A DNA stretch of 63,348 nucleotides, counting the filler, from Ministeria vibrans ATCC 50519 (taxonomy: Eukaryota; Protista; Filasterea): the NCBI GenBank assembly GCA_943704425.1. It is 6 parts of 6 records of this genome, joined end to end, with 100 filler letters (N's around TTAATTAATTAA, not from the genome) between each part and the next. Parts side by side here need not be neighbours in the genome. Positions count along the whole stretch, not along the records: positions 55,803 to 63,348 come from CALSCP010002355.1; 5 more parts are not named here. The stretch is one strand, 5' to 3'. The notes under the pieces were generated by a model. The model made no database searches and was not told where the DNA came from. It saw only the letters and a program-made list of their open reading frames with translations. Shown here piece after piece: positions 62,970-63,348 of this stretch (the first letter of the stretch is position 1; every line of letters begins with the position of its first letter). The position numbers were made by a program, and so were the translations under genes.

Positions 62970-63348
62970 ATGTGTGGCCCTTCCGCCAGGCCCTCGCCGC
63001 CGGGGACGAGTCTACGACTCAAGTTTTCCATCTTTGTATCGCTCATGATCATCTCCATGATGGTGCTGTTCATCTCGCAGCGGTGCAAGCCAGATGGTCT
63101 TTTCGCATCGCCTGCTGCCGTCGAACAGCAGCTCCTCACCGCCATCAAGCACGAACAGGCTATGGAGAACACCCCACCTGTACGTGCTGACGACGACGAC
63201 GACGACGACGACGACAGCAGCAGCAACGCGGAGAGCGAGCCCGAACCCGAAAAACCTGATGAGCCTTCTCCACCGCCACCAGCACAACCAGAAGCTCCCG
63301 CAGAGCCTGATCCAGCGCCCCCGCCACCCCCTCCGCCGCCCCCACCAC
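62970..63348 (+). CDS. 5' end of a type II membrane protein with acidic/Pro-rich stem; runs off the window
   Basis: Open frame MCGPSARPSPPGTSLRLKFSIFVSLMIISMMVLFISQR...DDDDDDDD..EPEPEKPDEPSPPPP. Not in the ORF track because it has no stop in the window. Confidence 0.65.
   Translation, partial: MCGPSARPSPPGTSLRLKFSIFVSLMIISMMVLFISQRCKPDGLFASPAAVEQQLLTAIKHEQAMENTPPVRADDDDDDDDDSSSNAESEPEPEKPDEPSPPPPAQPEAPAEPDPAPPPPPPPPPP

Overview
Gene-dense, intron-rich eukaryotic scaffold: standard code, mostly short GT-AG introns, and contig joins marked by N-gaps carrying a TTAATTAATTAA linker. By manual splicing I recover about 27 genes or gene fragments. Animal-type genes (syntrophin, CD38-family ADP-ribosyl cyclase, GFOD, CHTOP, an EGF protein with a cubilin-like N-terminus) co-occur with Zn2Cys6 transcription factors, which suggests a unicellular holozoan; this is inference. 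Housekeeping genes include an AFG2B-like AAA ATPase, RBM19/MRD1, GFAT, metaxin, ACL4, LMBRD2 and RPN9. Main points of interest: (1) an intronless prokaryote-type UDP-N-acetylhexosamine 6-dehydrogenase head-to-head with GFAT and next to a Zn2Cys6 regulator; (2) a type-I-membrane ADP-ribosyl cyclase with a DxxxLL sorting motif; (3) a dispersed (GA)n-AACAAAGTGATA composite repeat at about 17 loci; (4) DUF285 repeats encoded one per 75-nt exon, plus TTAGGG repeats, interrupting the syntrophin gene (possibly a mis-join); (5) a virus-like AT-rich remnant at the left end. All gene models and family calls come from reading motifs by eye; no searches were run.
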